Positions 1 to 7,914 of a stretch of DNA of 49,983 bases are shown one piece after another. Numbering within the stretch: position 1 is the stretch's first letter; the number at the start of each line of letters is the position of its first letter. Below the pieces are notes generated by a model, which saw only the letters and a program-made list of their open reading frames with translations, had not been told where the DNA came from and did no database searches. The translations under genes were made by a program, and so were the position numbers. Origin of the DNA: Gammaproteobacteria bacterium (GTDB lineage Bacteria; Pseudomonadota; Gammaproteobacteria; Ga0077554; Ga007554); NCBI GenBank assembly GCA_020053945.1, contig JAGVME010000017.1:1-49983 (forward strand), given 5' to 3'.

Positions 1-303
1 AGGCGGTGGGGTGTCGTTCCATGGCAATAGTCCAAAAGGATGACAAAAGCCATTGTTTTCACTCCTATGTCAAGAGGTTTTTAATGCGATTGCCCTGGAT
101 ATACGCTAACCACTACTTGCGCGCATAATATAAATAATGGTATACAACCATATAAAAATAGCCAAAGAAATCCCTCTGTATTATTTATTGCCATGACAGT
201 GGAATCCCGGTACTGCAATCGGATTCCAGCGCCCTCTATCCGGGATGGTATCTTGCTGCGGGATTGTTCACATAGGATGCAGGCGCCGGTGCTTTAACAG
301 GTT

Positions 304-334
304 GTTGAAAAAGCCTTCCATGGGCTTTTTCAAC
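304..334. repeat. Hairpin 1 of a related pair: GTTGAAAAAGCC-N7-GGCTTTTTCAAC, a perfect 12-bp stem
   Basis: Read directly. The left arm is 304-315 and the right arm 323-334. The upstream context ACAGGTTGTTGAAAAAG closely matches the left arm of hairpin 2. Confidence 0.6.
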
Positions 335-357
335 CCGCACATCCGTGTACCGCACAC

Positions 358-388
358 AGGCTGTTGAAAATGAGATTTTCAACAGCCT
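358..388. repeat. Hairpin 2 of a related pair: AGGCTGTTGAAAAT-GAG-ATTTTCAACAGCCT, a perfect 14-bp stem with a 3-nt loop
   Basis: Read directly. It ends 55 nt upstream of the ATG at 443. It shares the core GTTGAAAA...TTTTCAAC with hairpin 1. Confidence 0.6.
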
Positions 389-442
389 GAAAGCAGCGCT
401 ATGCTGTATTTATACTTTAAAAAAGAAGAAGGCCTGCCTAAA

Positions 443-1123
443 ATGCGAAATCTCAACAACATTACCACCCGAATATCCATTCCTTTTTTACTCATATTGC
501 TTTTACTCGCGCCTCGGATGGCTACGGCGGAAGATCGGCCGAAGGTAATGTTCATGATTGCCGAACAAAATATCGGGGATAAAATCTTCACCTACTGGTG
601 GAGCCGGTACAGCAGGCACGCCGCCGTTGTAACTCCCTTTACTGGCGTTATTGCCCACGAGACGGGGGTTGAAAGGCAAACTGACATCCAACACCAACGT
701 TTCGACTTTTCGGTGGGCGAAACCATCCTCAAAGAAGAGTTCTTGAATACCGGGTTTGATGTGATTGACATCGCCAGTGTGTCAGACAAAATCAAGGTAT
801 CGGAAGCCTATGGTGTGCTGGACATTGCAAAACAGGCCACCCTTGAGCTGGGCAAAGATGTTGGCGCGGATATCATCGTAACAGGGAAAATCATCGCCCG
901 GCGCGACCCAATCGACACGGGCAGCAACGTCGGCACCTATGGGGCTGACATCACCGCAACCGCTTTTCGCGTGAAAGACGGTCTCGTGCTGGCTTCAGGA
1001 CGTGAAAGTGGCGTGGCCCGCCACATTTCTGAAATAACGGGAGGAAGCCAGGCCATTGAAAGGGCGTCACAAAAGCTGGCGAAAAAAATGATTGAGCAGA
1101 TGAATACAAAGCTCGGGAAGTAA
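443..1123 (+). CDS. Secreted protein of unknown function, with a CsgG/LpoB/FlgO-like signature and no lipobox
   Basis: This is ORF 401..1123. The ATG at 443 has AGAAGG about 10 nt upstream and gives MRNLNNITTRISIPFLLILLLLAPRMATA/ED, a Sec signal peptide. Motifs KVMFMIAEQNIGD and GADIIVTGKIIARR resemble the N- and C-proximal signatures of CsgG-type periplasmic alpha/beta domains. Confidence 0.6.
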   Translation: MRNLNNITTRISIPFLLILLLLAPRMATAEDRPKVMFMIAEQNIGDKIFTYWWSRYSRHAAVVTPFTGVIAHETGVERQTDIQHQRFDFSVGETILKEEFLNTGFDVIDIASVSDKIKVSEAYGVLDIAKQATLELGKDVGADIIVTGKIIARRDPIDTGSNVGTYGADITATAFRVKDGLVLASGRESGVARHISEITGGSQAIERASQKLAKKMIEQMNTKLGK

Positions 1124-1168
1124 CCGCATCGCTGCAAAAATAAAAACAGGATTCTTCGGGGGTACAGG

Positions 1169-1912
1169 GTGAATAAGCAAAAATTTAAAATAACATTATT
1201 GTTGATAGCAGTAACCTGGCTTGCAAGCTGTGCGGTGGCGCCCCAGGCTGTCATTATCCCCCCCAACCCTGACAATCCCATCAAGCGTGTCGCGATCCTT
1301 CCAGTTTTTAACAATTCGAACGATGTCGATGCGCCAACACGCCTCCGGGAGGAATTCTTCAACCGTTTGGGAAGGTACCATTACGATATTCAACCCCTGG
1401 CGGAAACCAGCGAAATCCTGAATCACCAGATGGGCATCACCCTGGGCAAGCAGTTCGACATGGCAACCCCCGAGGAGATTGGTAAAACATTGGGGGTGGA
1501 TGGGGTGTTTTACGGTTATCTGCTCGATTTCGATGAAGTCACTACTGGATTCGTCAACAGCTACAAAGTCCGTATGGGGTGGAAACTGGTGGACACGAAA
1601 ACCGGTAAAATCTCCTGGGGGAAAGGGGTCGCGGTTCATAGATCACAGTCCATGGGGGGGGTTGCCGGAATAAAGGCTCAGTTAGGGTTGAATGAGGCCG
1701 AAAAAGTAGGTGCCTTGCCCGGCTCCGCGGATCCGATGGGCGAAATGCCTGGATTAGACAAGTGGATTTCAATGGGGCACGAATCGTCTAGTCTTGCTGG
1801 GGGGATGTTCGGGGCTATTATAGGAAAAGTGGGCAACAGCTTAGAAAAGGAAAGTAATTTTGCTTACGACCGCCTGTTTCCAAACATGTTGATTGGTTCG
1901 GCAGTCAAATAA
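1169..1912 (+). CDS. DUF799 / GNA1162-like lipoprotein
   Basis: GTG start. The lipobox is LIAVTWLAS-C (Cys21). KRVAILPVFNNSNDVDAP...GVDGVFYGYLLDF matches my recollection of the DUF799 lipoprotein family that co-occurs with CsgG-like genes. The C-terminal tail is Gly-rich. It lies 45 bp after the previous gene. Confidence 0.65.
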   Translation: MNKQKFKITLLLIAVTWLASCAVAPQAVIIPPNPDNPIKRVAILPVFNNSNDVDAPTRLREEFFNRLGRYHYDIQPLAETSEILNHQMGITLGKQFDMATPEEIGKTLGVDGVFYGYLLDFDEVTTGFVNSYKVRMGWKLVDTKTGKISWGKGVAVHRSQSMGGVAGIKAQLGLNEAEKVGALPGSADPMGEMPGLDKWISMGHESSSLAGGMFGAIIGKVGNSLEKESNFAYDRLFPNMLIGSAVK

Positions 1913-1985
1913 CGGTCGCAAGTAATGTAATGCTGACACCCAAGTAATTTTTTAGGCAATCAAACAATTAATAAAGGAGCGGTAA

Positions 1986-2945
1986 ATGAATATGAATAAA
2001 ATGAGCGCCTTCGGTTCTTTGCCTGCACTCATCATCAGCACCCTTCTCTTTTCTGGGTGCTCAAACATGGGAGGTGAGGTCAGAAAAGATGCTTCTCTCA
2101 CGGATCAAACCGAGAAGCTGGAAAAAGCGGGGTTAAACTACGTCGGCCCCCAATACACTATCGGCATCATCACCCTGTTAAACAAAACCCCGTCCAAAGT
2201 CTTGGGGTTAGATGCGGCCGCAACAGACATTCTCAGGACAACCATCGAACAGGCAGGTCTCAAACCTATCATGCTCACCAAAGACGAACTCAAGCAGCAT
2301 GATGAGATGATTGGGATGCAACAGTCCGGCATTGTAAAGACAGGGAAAAAAGATGCGGCGGAAGGCATGAATTCGATTGATTTCCGGGTTTCCGGCGCCA
2401 TCACATCCTATGCCGAACTGGAGGAAGGTACCGATATCCTGATCGGCAAAAGTAAAACACAGATCGTGCGCGTGGGCGTGGACTATGCGCTGGTTGACAT
2501 CACCACCGGGGAAAACGTGGCGGTGGGATCCGGCCAGGGCGTATACAGCAAAACCAACCGGACTGCACTCGGATTAGGGGCGAAATCATCCTTTGATAAC
2601 AGCCTGCGTGACGGCGCATTAAGGGACGCCATGAGCAAAGCGGTGGAAGCCATGATTCTCAAACTGCAAGCACGGCCTTTTCAGAGCCACATTCTACTTG
2701 TCGATGGCGAGTCGATTGTTTTCAAGGCGGGGGCCCGGTCCAAACTCGAGCCAGGCGCCCGCTTCACGGTCTACCGTCCGGGGGCGGACTTGATTGACCC
2801 TGAAACGGGCCGGTCTTTAGGAAAGCGGGAAAAACGTGTGGGGGAAATTAAACTCACGGGCAATACAAATGAAAACCTTTCAGAAGGAAGTGTGGCCGAC
2901 GGTTCTGGCTTTATGAAAGGGGATGTTTTAAGGCTCGTTAAATAG
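1986..2945 (+). CDS. CsgG/HfaB-family lipoprotein (curli-type secretion channel-like) with an extra C-terminal beta-rich domain
   Basis: AGGAG lies 7 nt upstream of the ATG. The lipobox is LLFSG-C. YTIGIITLLNKTPSKVLG...NSIDFRVSGAITSYAE is the CsgG family pattern. The roughly 85-aa C-terminal extension is HILLVDGESIVFKAGARSKLEPGARFTVYRPG... Confidence 0.7.
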   Translation: MNMNKMSAFGSLPALIISTLLFSGCSNMGGEVRKDASLTDQTEKLEKAGLNYVGPQYTIGIITLLNKTPSKVLGLDAAATDILRTTIEQAGLKPIMLTKDELKQHDEMIGMQQSGIVKTGKKDAAEGMNSIDFRVSGAITSYAELEEGTDILIGKSKTQIVRVGVDYALVDITTGENVAVGSGQGVYSKTNRTALGLGAKSSFDNSLRDGALRDAMSKAVEAMILKLQARPFQSHILLVDGESIVFKAGARSKLEPGARFTVYRPGADLIDPETGRSLGKREKRVGEIKLTGNTNENLSEGSVADGSGFMKGDVLRLVK

Positions 2946-2974
2946 ACTCTTCCACACTATTTAAATCCACACAA

Positions 2975-3012
2975 AACCGGCTGTTTGCCCATAAAAAACA
3001 GCCGGTTTTTTT
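2975..3012. terminator. Bidirectional rho-independent terminator
   Basis: The stem is AACCGGCTGTT (2975-2985) with AACAGCCGGTT (2997-3007). An A-run precedes it and TTTTTTT follows. It sits between the convergent CsgG-like gene and prfC. Confidence 0.8.
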
Positions 3013-3044
3013 ATGGACAATAATCAAGGTAAGTTCTGAGATTT

Positions 3045-3078
3045 GTAGGTTGGGTTAGGCGAAGCCGTAACCCAACAT
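3045..3078 (-). repeat. REP-type palindromic element GTAGGTTGGGTTAGGCGAAGCCGTAACCCAACAT
   Basis: The stem is GTTGGGTTA with TAACCCAAC. It shares the GGTTGG...GCGAAGCC...CCCAACAT skeleton with the REPs flanking the RAYT gene at 35.1-36.0 kb. Confidence 0.7.
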
Positions 3079-3090
3079 GCCGGGCTTGAA

Positions 3091-4680
3091 TTAATGCTCC
3101 CGTGTAGTGCGAAACCGCACATCCGGCCAACGTTCCTGGGTCAGCTCAAGATTTACACGAGTGGGCGCAATATAGGTTAGATCGCCTGCACCATCCAGCG
3201 CCAAGTTATCGCGCATTTTGACATTAAACTCTTCGAATTTTTTCGCATCATCGCAGCTCACCCAGCGTGCGGTAGCCACCTGCACATTTTCGAAGCTGCA
3301 ATCCACGCCGTATTCATGCTGCAAACGGTATGCGACCACATCAAATTGCAATATACCCACGGCACCTAAAATCAGGTCATTGCTGTTCAAGGGCCGGAAT
3401 AATTGCGTGGCGCCTTCTTCGCACAATTGTTCCAGGCCTTTTTGCAGGGCTTTCATACGCATCGGGTCACGCAGGCGTGCGCGGCGGAACAGCTCAGGGG
3501 CGAAGTGCGGGATGCCGGTGAATTTGAGGTCTTCGCCTTGTGTGAACGTGTCGCCAATCTGGATGGTGCCGTGATTATGCAGGCCGATGATGTCACCAGG
3601 ATACGCATCTTCAACGTGCTCGCGTTCGCGCGCCATGAACGTGATGGCGTTAGAGATTTGTACATCGCGCCCAATGCGCACATGGCGCATTTTCATGCCT
3701 TTGGTAAAGCTGCCGGAACACACGCGCAGAAAGGCGATGCGGTCTCGGTGCGCGGGATCCATGTTGGCCTGGATTTTGAACACGAAGCCGGTAAATTTTT
3801 CTTCGTCCGGCATGACGGTGCGCGTGGTAGTTTCACGCGGCCGGGGTGCGGGTGCGTATTCCACAAAGGCATCAAGCAATTCTTTCACGCCAAAATTGTT
3901 GATGGCTGAGCCGAAAAATACCGGGGTTAATTTCCCTGCCAGGAATTCTTCGTGATTAAATTCATTGCTGGCACCACGCACCAACTCAATTTCTTCACGC
4001 ACTTCGCTGGCGATGCTGCCAAACAGCTCGTCGAGACGCGGATTATGCAGGCCTTCGACAATCTCACCTTCCTTAATTTTCCCGCCGTGCGTAGAACTGA
4101 ACAGATGCACGCGGTCATGGTAAAGATCGAATACGCCTTTGAAGCCTTTACCCATGCCGATCGGCCAGGTAATAGGTGCGCAGCGTATTTTCAGCACGGT
4201 TTCCACTTCGTCAAGCAGGTCTATGGGCGGGCGGCCTTCGCGGTCCAGTTTGTTGATGAAGGTGATGATGGGCGTGTCGCGCAAACGGCATACGTCTATC
4301 AATTTGATGGTGCGCTCTTCCACACCTTTGGCGCTGTCGATCACCATCAACGCCGAGTCTACGGCAGTGAGGGTGCGGTAGGTGTCTTCGGAAAAATCTT
4401 CATGGCCCGGCGTGTCGAGCAGGTTAATGATGTTATCGCCGTAAGGAAACTGCATCACTGACGATGTCACGGAAATACCGCGCTGTTTTTCCAGTTCCAT
4501 CCAGTCAGACGTGGCATGACGTGCAGCCTTGCGCCCTTTTACCGTGCCCGCAAGCTGAATCGCACCACCGAACAGCAGCAACTTTTCGGTGAGCGTGGTT
4601 TTACACGCATCCGGGTGAGAAATGATGGCAAAAGTGCGGCGCTGCGCCGTTGCGCTGGCCGTAGCAGAAAGAGTAGACAT
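3091..4680 (-). CDS. prfC: Peptide chain release factor 3 (translational GTPase)
   Basis: [67 protein letters not shown] is collinear with RF3. The start is set at the internal Met (MSTLSATAS...), because the upstream extension to 4728 is not RF3-like. Note the Cys in the P-loop (see findings). Confidence 0.93.
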   Translation of the reverse strand: MSTLSATASATAQRRTFAIISHPDACKTTLTEKLLLFGGAIQLAGTVKGRKAARHATSDWMELEKQRGISVTSSVMQFPYGDNIINLLDTPGHEDFSEDTYRTLTAVDSALMVIDSAKGVEERTIKLIDVCRLRDTPIITFINKLDREGRPPIDLLDEVETVLKIRCAPITWPIGMGKGFKGVFDLYHDRVHLFSSTHGGKIKEGEIVEGLHNPRLDELFGSIASEVREEIELVRGASNEFNHEEFLAGKLTPVFFGSAINNFGVKELLDAFVEYAPAPRPRETTTRTVMPDEEKFTGFVFKIQANMDPAHRDRIAFLRVCSGSFTKGMKMRHVRIGRDVQISNAITFMAREREHVEDAYPGDIIGLHNHGTIQIGDTFTQGEDLKFTGIPHFAPELFRRARLRDPMRMKALQKGLEQLCEEGATQLFRPLNSNDLILGAVGILQFDVVAYRLQHEYGVDCSFENVQVATARWVSCDDAKKFEEFNVKMRDNLALDGAGDLTYIAPTRVNLELTQERWPDVRFRTTREH

Positions 4681-4779
4681 AAGGTTTGGAAGGAGCCTTG
4701 CAAAACATGCAATTATAGCAGATCGCACTCAAATTATAAGTGATGCTGTCACCACCCTTCCCTTTCAAACCTTATTCGA

Positions 4780-5883
4780 TCAATGCGTGGTCACTGCCAC
4801 CAGTGAATACGGTCCTTTGCCCGATGCAAACGGTGACCCGGCCACCAGGTGCAATGCGCCGCTTTTGGCGTCCACGGTGTAAGCGGAAATATCACCCGCA
4901 CCATTGTTGGCGACGTAAGCAAAATGTCCGGACGGATCAACCGCCACGGCATAAGGATAGGATCCGGTTGCGGTACGACCGGCGGACACTGGCGTGAGCG
5001 CGCCAGTGTTAAGGTCGAGGGTATGGACAGTGACGGTGTTATCACTCCAGTTTGCCACATACATATAATGATCGTTGGGTTCAATACTGATGGAATATGG
5101 GCGCGGCCCCACGGTAAAGGGCGAACCTGGCACGGCGGTGAGTGCGCCCGTCTGCTGGTTAATCTGATACGCCGATACGGAGGTAGAGCCGTAATTCGCC
5201 ACATAAACAAATTTGCCAGTGACATCCACGGTTGCAAAAATAGGATGTACGTCGGTGGCGACAGCGGCTCCCATGGCCGTGAGCGCGCCGCTCTTTGCAT
5301 CTATTTTATAAACGGAAAGCGTGTTGGAATCATAGTTGACGACATAGGCAAAACGGTCTTTGGGATCTATCGCTACTGACAGGGGGTTTTCTTCCGTAAC
5401 AGCCGGGTGGCCCACTGCTGTTAATGCGCCCGAATGGGGATTAATTTTAAATGCCGCCACGTGCCTGGACTCGCGTGCTGTGACATAAATAAACTTGCCT
5501 GCCGCATCAACCACCACCGCCAAGGGATGTGCGTCGGTCTTATATGGCGATCCTACTATCTCTTTCAAAGCACCGGTTTCGGCGTTGATTTTATATGCTG
5601 AGATACTGTCCGAACCTTGATTCGCCACATACGCAAAATGCCCCGCATGATCAACCGTCACCGAAATCGGGAACTTGCCAGCCGCATACGGCGAGCCACT
5701 CACTTCTTGCAAAGCGCCCGTAGCAGGGTTAATTTTGTAGGCCGAAACATTATGCGCAATCTGGTTGGCGGTGTAGACAAACTCTGGCGTGCCTGAACCC
5801 ACAACTCCGGCAACAGCCTGCGTCACACCCAGCGTCAGCGTCATCATTAAAAACCCTGTTGAGTTAACTTTAATGCCAAACAT
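4780..5883 (-). CDS. Secreted seven-bladed beta-propeller lactonase-family protein (6-phosphogluconolactonase-like)
   Basis: There is an N-terminal signal peptide. Blades recur as ...FAYVAN.....ISAYKIN..TGAL... about 7 times. GGAG lies upstream of the ATG. Confidence 0.75.
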   Translation of the reverse strand: MFGIKVNSTGFLMMTLTLGVTQAVAGVVGSGTPEFVYTANQIAHNVSAYKINPATGALQEVSGSPYAAGKFPISVTVDHAGHFAYVANQGSDSISAYKINAETGALKEIVGSPYKTDAHPLAVVVDAAGKFIYVTARESRHVAAFKINPHSGALTAVGHPAVTEENPLSVAIDPKDRFAYVVNYDSNTLSVYKIDAKSGALTAMGAAVATDVHPIFATVDVTGKFVYVANYGSTSVSAYQINQQTGALTAVPGSPFTVGPRPYSISIEPNDHYMYVANWSDNTVTVHTLDLNTGALTPVSAGRTATGSYPYAVAVDPSGHFAYVANNGAGDISAYTVDAKSGALHLVAGSPFASGKGPYSLVAVTTH

Positions 5884-6188
5884 AGAAGCTCCTTCATGTA
5901 CATCCGTGACGCAGGAACGGTGAACACCTCATGATAATTCACCAGTATGCCGATAAATTTTACGCGGGGGATGCTGAACCACGGCTGAACCAAACGGTGG
6001 GCGCCATACCTAATTAAAACCATATGGATATTATGTATTTATATGCGCCACGCGCCACCCTTCCTGTTTTGCTGCTATTAACATGAATTTGTGACACTTT
6101 CGCGATACCTCTGTAAGGGGTCGCGTGGCACACTATATACAGCGCATCAGGATCTATTGGTATCTATTTCACAACACATGAGGCCGCC

Positions 6189-7151
6189 ATGCTCATTAAA
6201 AAACCAGACGACATTGCTTCTTCAGAAATAACCGATAAACGGGTTTATTTCAACCGCCGGGAATTCATAGAAACTGCCCTGGGCGTCGCCGGTGCAGCGG
6301 CCGTGCTACCCAGCTTGTTGCTCCCCGGCTCCGCCCAGGCGGGCACGCGTTTAGCGGGTGTGCGGCCCGCCAGCACCAAAGCACCTTTTGGCACTGATGA
6401 AGAACGTACCCCTTATGAAGACGTGACGCGCTACAACAACTTCTATGAGTTTGGCGTTGAAAAGGAAGACCCGGCGCTCATGTCTAAAAACTTTCGCACC
6501 AAACCGTGGACGGTTACCATAGAAGGCGAAGTCAACAAACCGGCGGTTTATCAACTTGAAGATTTTATAAAGCCACACACGTTGGAAGAACGCATTTACC
6601 GGCTACGTTGTGTGGAAGCGTGGTCCATGGTGATTCCGTGGGTAGGCATTCCGCTGGCGGATATCATCAAACGCCTTGAGCCTACCTCCAAAGCAAAATA
6701 CGTAGAGTTCACCACCCTGCACGACCCCGCGCAAATGCCCGGCCAGCGCCGCGCCGTGCTGAAGTGGCCCTATGTGGAAGGCCTGCGTATGGATGAAGCC
6801 ATGAATCCCCTGGCGATCCTCGCCGTGGGCCTGTACGGGGAAACCTTGCCGAACCAGAACGGCGCGCCATTACGCCTGGTGGTGCCGTGGAAATACGGTT
6901 TCAAAAATATCAAATCAATTGTCAAAATACGCTTTGTCGAAAAACAACCCATCACCGCCTGGATGGCCGCGGGTCCCAGTGAATATGGTTTCTATGCCAA
7001 TGTTAACCCCGAGGTTAATCACCCGCGCTGGAGCCAGGCACGCGAACGCCGTATCGGTGAGTTCCTGAAACGCAAAACCCTCATGTTTAATGGTTATGCG
7101 GACCAGGTAGGCCATATGTATGCGGCCATGGATCTTAACAAGTACTTTTAA
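6189..7151 (+). CDS. msrP: Protein-methionine-sulfoxide reductase, catalytic molybdopterin subunit
   Basis: The Tat signal is [19 protein letters not shown]...[27 protein letters not shown] and [19 protein letters not shown] are typical of YedY/MsrP. Confidence 0.92.
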   Translation: MLIKKPDDIASSEITDKRVYFNRREFIETALGVAGAAAVLPSLLLPGSAQAGTRLAGVRPASTKAPFGTDEERTPYEDVTRYNNFYEFGVEKEDPALMSKNFRTKPWTVTIEGEVNKPAVYQLEDFIKPHTLEERIYRLRCVEAWSMVIPWVGIPLADIIKRLEPTSKAKYVEFTTLHDPAQMPGQRRAVLKWPYVEGLRMDEAMNPLAILAVGLYGETLPNQNGAPLRLVVPWKYGFKNIKSIVKIRFVEKQPITAWMAAGPSEYGFYANVNPEVNHPRWSQARERRIGEFLKRKTLMFNGYADQVGHMYAAMDLNKYF

Positions 7152-7152
7152 T

Positions 7153-7794
7153 ATGACGCAACAAGAATGGATAGAACGGGTGGTTAAACCCGCCCTGTTT
7201 ATAGTGTGCCTGATACCGTTGGCGCTAATGGCCTGGGATGCGTTTAACAACCAGCTCGGCGCGAACCCCATCGAAAAAATCATGCGCCGCACGGGTGACT
7301 GGACGCTGCGTTTCCTGTTGATCACACTCACCATCACCCCGGCACGGCAACTGCTGAACTTGCCCTGGCTGATAAAATTACGCCGTATGCTGGGGCTGTT
7401 TGCGTTTTTTTATGCCCTGCTGCACTTCACCAATTATATCTGGCTTGACCAGTATTTTGATGTGGATGAAATCATCAAGGATGTGATCAAACGCAAATAT
7501 ATCACGGTTGGGTTTATCTGCTTCCTGATGCTCATTCCGCTCGCCATCACCTCCACCAACAACATGGTTAAACGCCTAGGCGGAAAACGCTGGCAGAAAC
7601 TACATAAAAGCGTGTATGCGATCGCCATCGGCGGGGTGATTCATTACCTGTGGCTGGTCAAAAAGGATTTAAGCGAACCGTTGATTTACGCCGCGCTGCT
7701 GGCGGTTCTTTTAGGCTACCGTATCTGGCAACACCAACGTAAAAAATCCCCTCAAACCACGCAAAGCACCATGTCACCTGCACAGTCAGGTTGA
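7153..7794 (+). CDS. msrQ: Protein-methionine-sulfoxide reductase, heme-binding membrane subunit
   Basis: The ATG lies 1 nt after the msrP stop. It is a multi-TM ferric-reductase-like protein (LRRMLGLFAFFYALLHF, HKSVYAIAIGGVIHYLW), which is the YedZ pattern. Confidence 0.9.
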   Translation: MTQQEWIERVVKPALFIVCLIPLALMAWDAFNNQLGANPIEKIMRRTGDWTLRFLLITLTITPARQLLNLPWLIKLRRMLGLFAFFYALLHFTNYIWLDQYFDVDEIIKDVIKRKYITVGFICFLMLIPLAITSTNNMVKRLGGKRWQKLHKSVYAIAIGGVIHYLWLVKKDLSEPLIYAALLAVLLGYRIWQHQRKKSPQTTQSTMSPAQSG

Positions 7795-7842
7795 TTCAGG
7801 GTAGCCACGAAGCGTGCCGCAATCAGGGAATCCATTGGTTTT

Positions 7843-7874
7843 ACCCGGAGCATTCAGGATGAAATGCTCCGGGT
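7843..7874. terminator. Hairpin between convergent genes: ACCCGGAGCAT-N10-ATGCTCCGGGT
   Basis: This is a perfect 11-bp stem read directly. No clean T-run follows on either strand, so terminator function is uncertain. Confidence 0.4.
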
Positions 7875-7914
7875 ATCCGCAAGCCATCGGTGATACAAAC
7901 ACATCTATAACACC

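Noticed and set aside
401-442. ATG at 401 as the start of the first lipoprotein-operon gene.
   Set aside because: It would add MLYLYFKKEEGLPK in front of a perfectly good signal peptide. It begins only 13 nt after hairpin 2 and lacks an SD, whereas the ATG at 443 has AGAAGG upstream.
3403-3909. Long antisense ORFs opposite conserved genes, for example 3403..3909 and 3952..4461 opposite prfC, 24016..24720 opposite putA, 30583..31155 and 32100..32690 opposite dnaE, 32840..33427 opposite rnhB, and 11061..11627 opposite aguB.
   Set aside because: Their translations are low-complexity and Arg/Ala/Pro-rich. They lie fully inside strongly supported genes on the other strand, which makes them typical shadow ORFs of GC-rich coding DNA.
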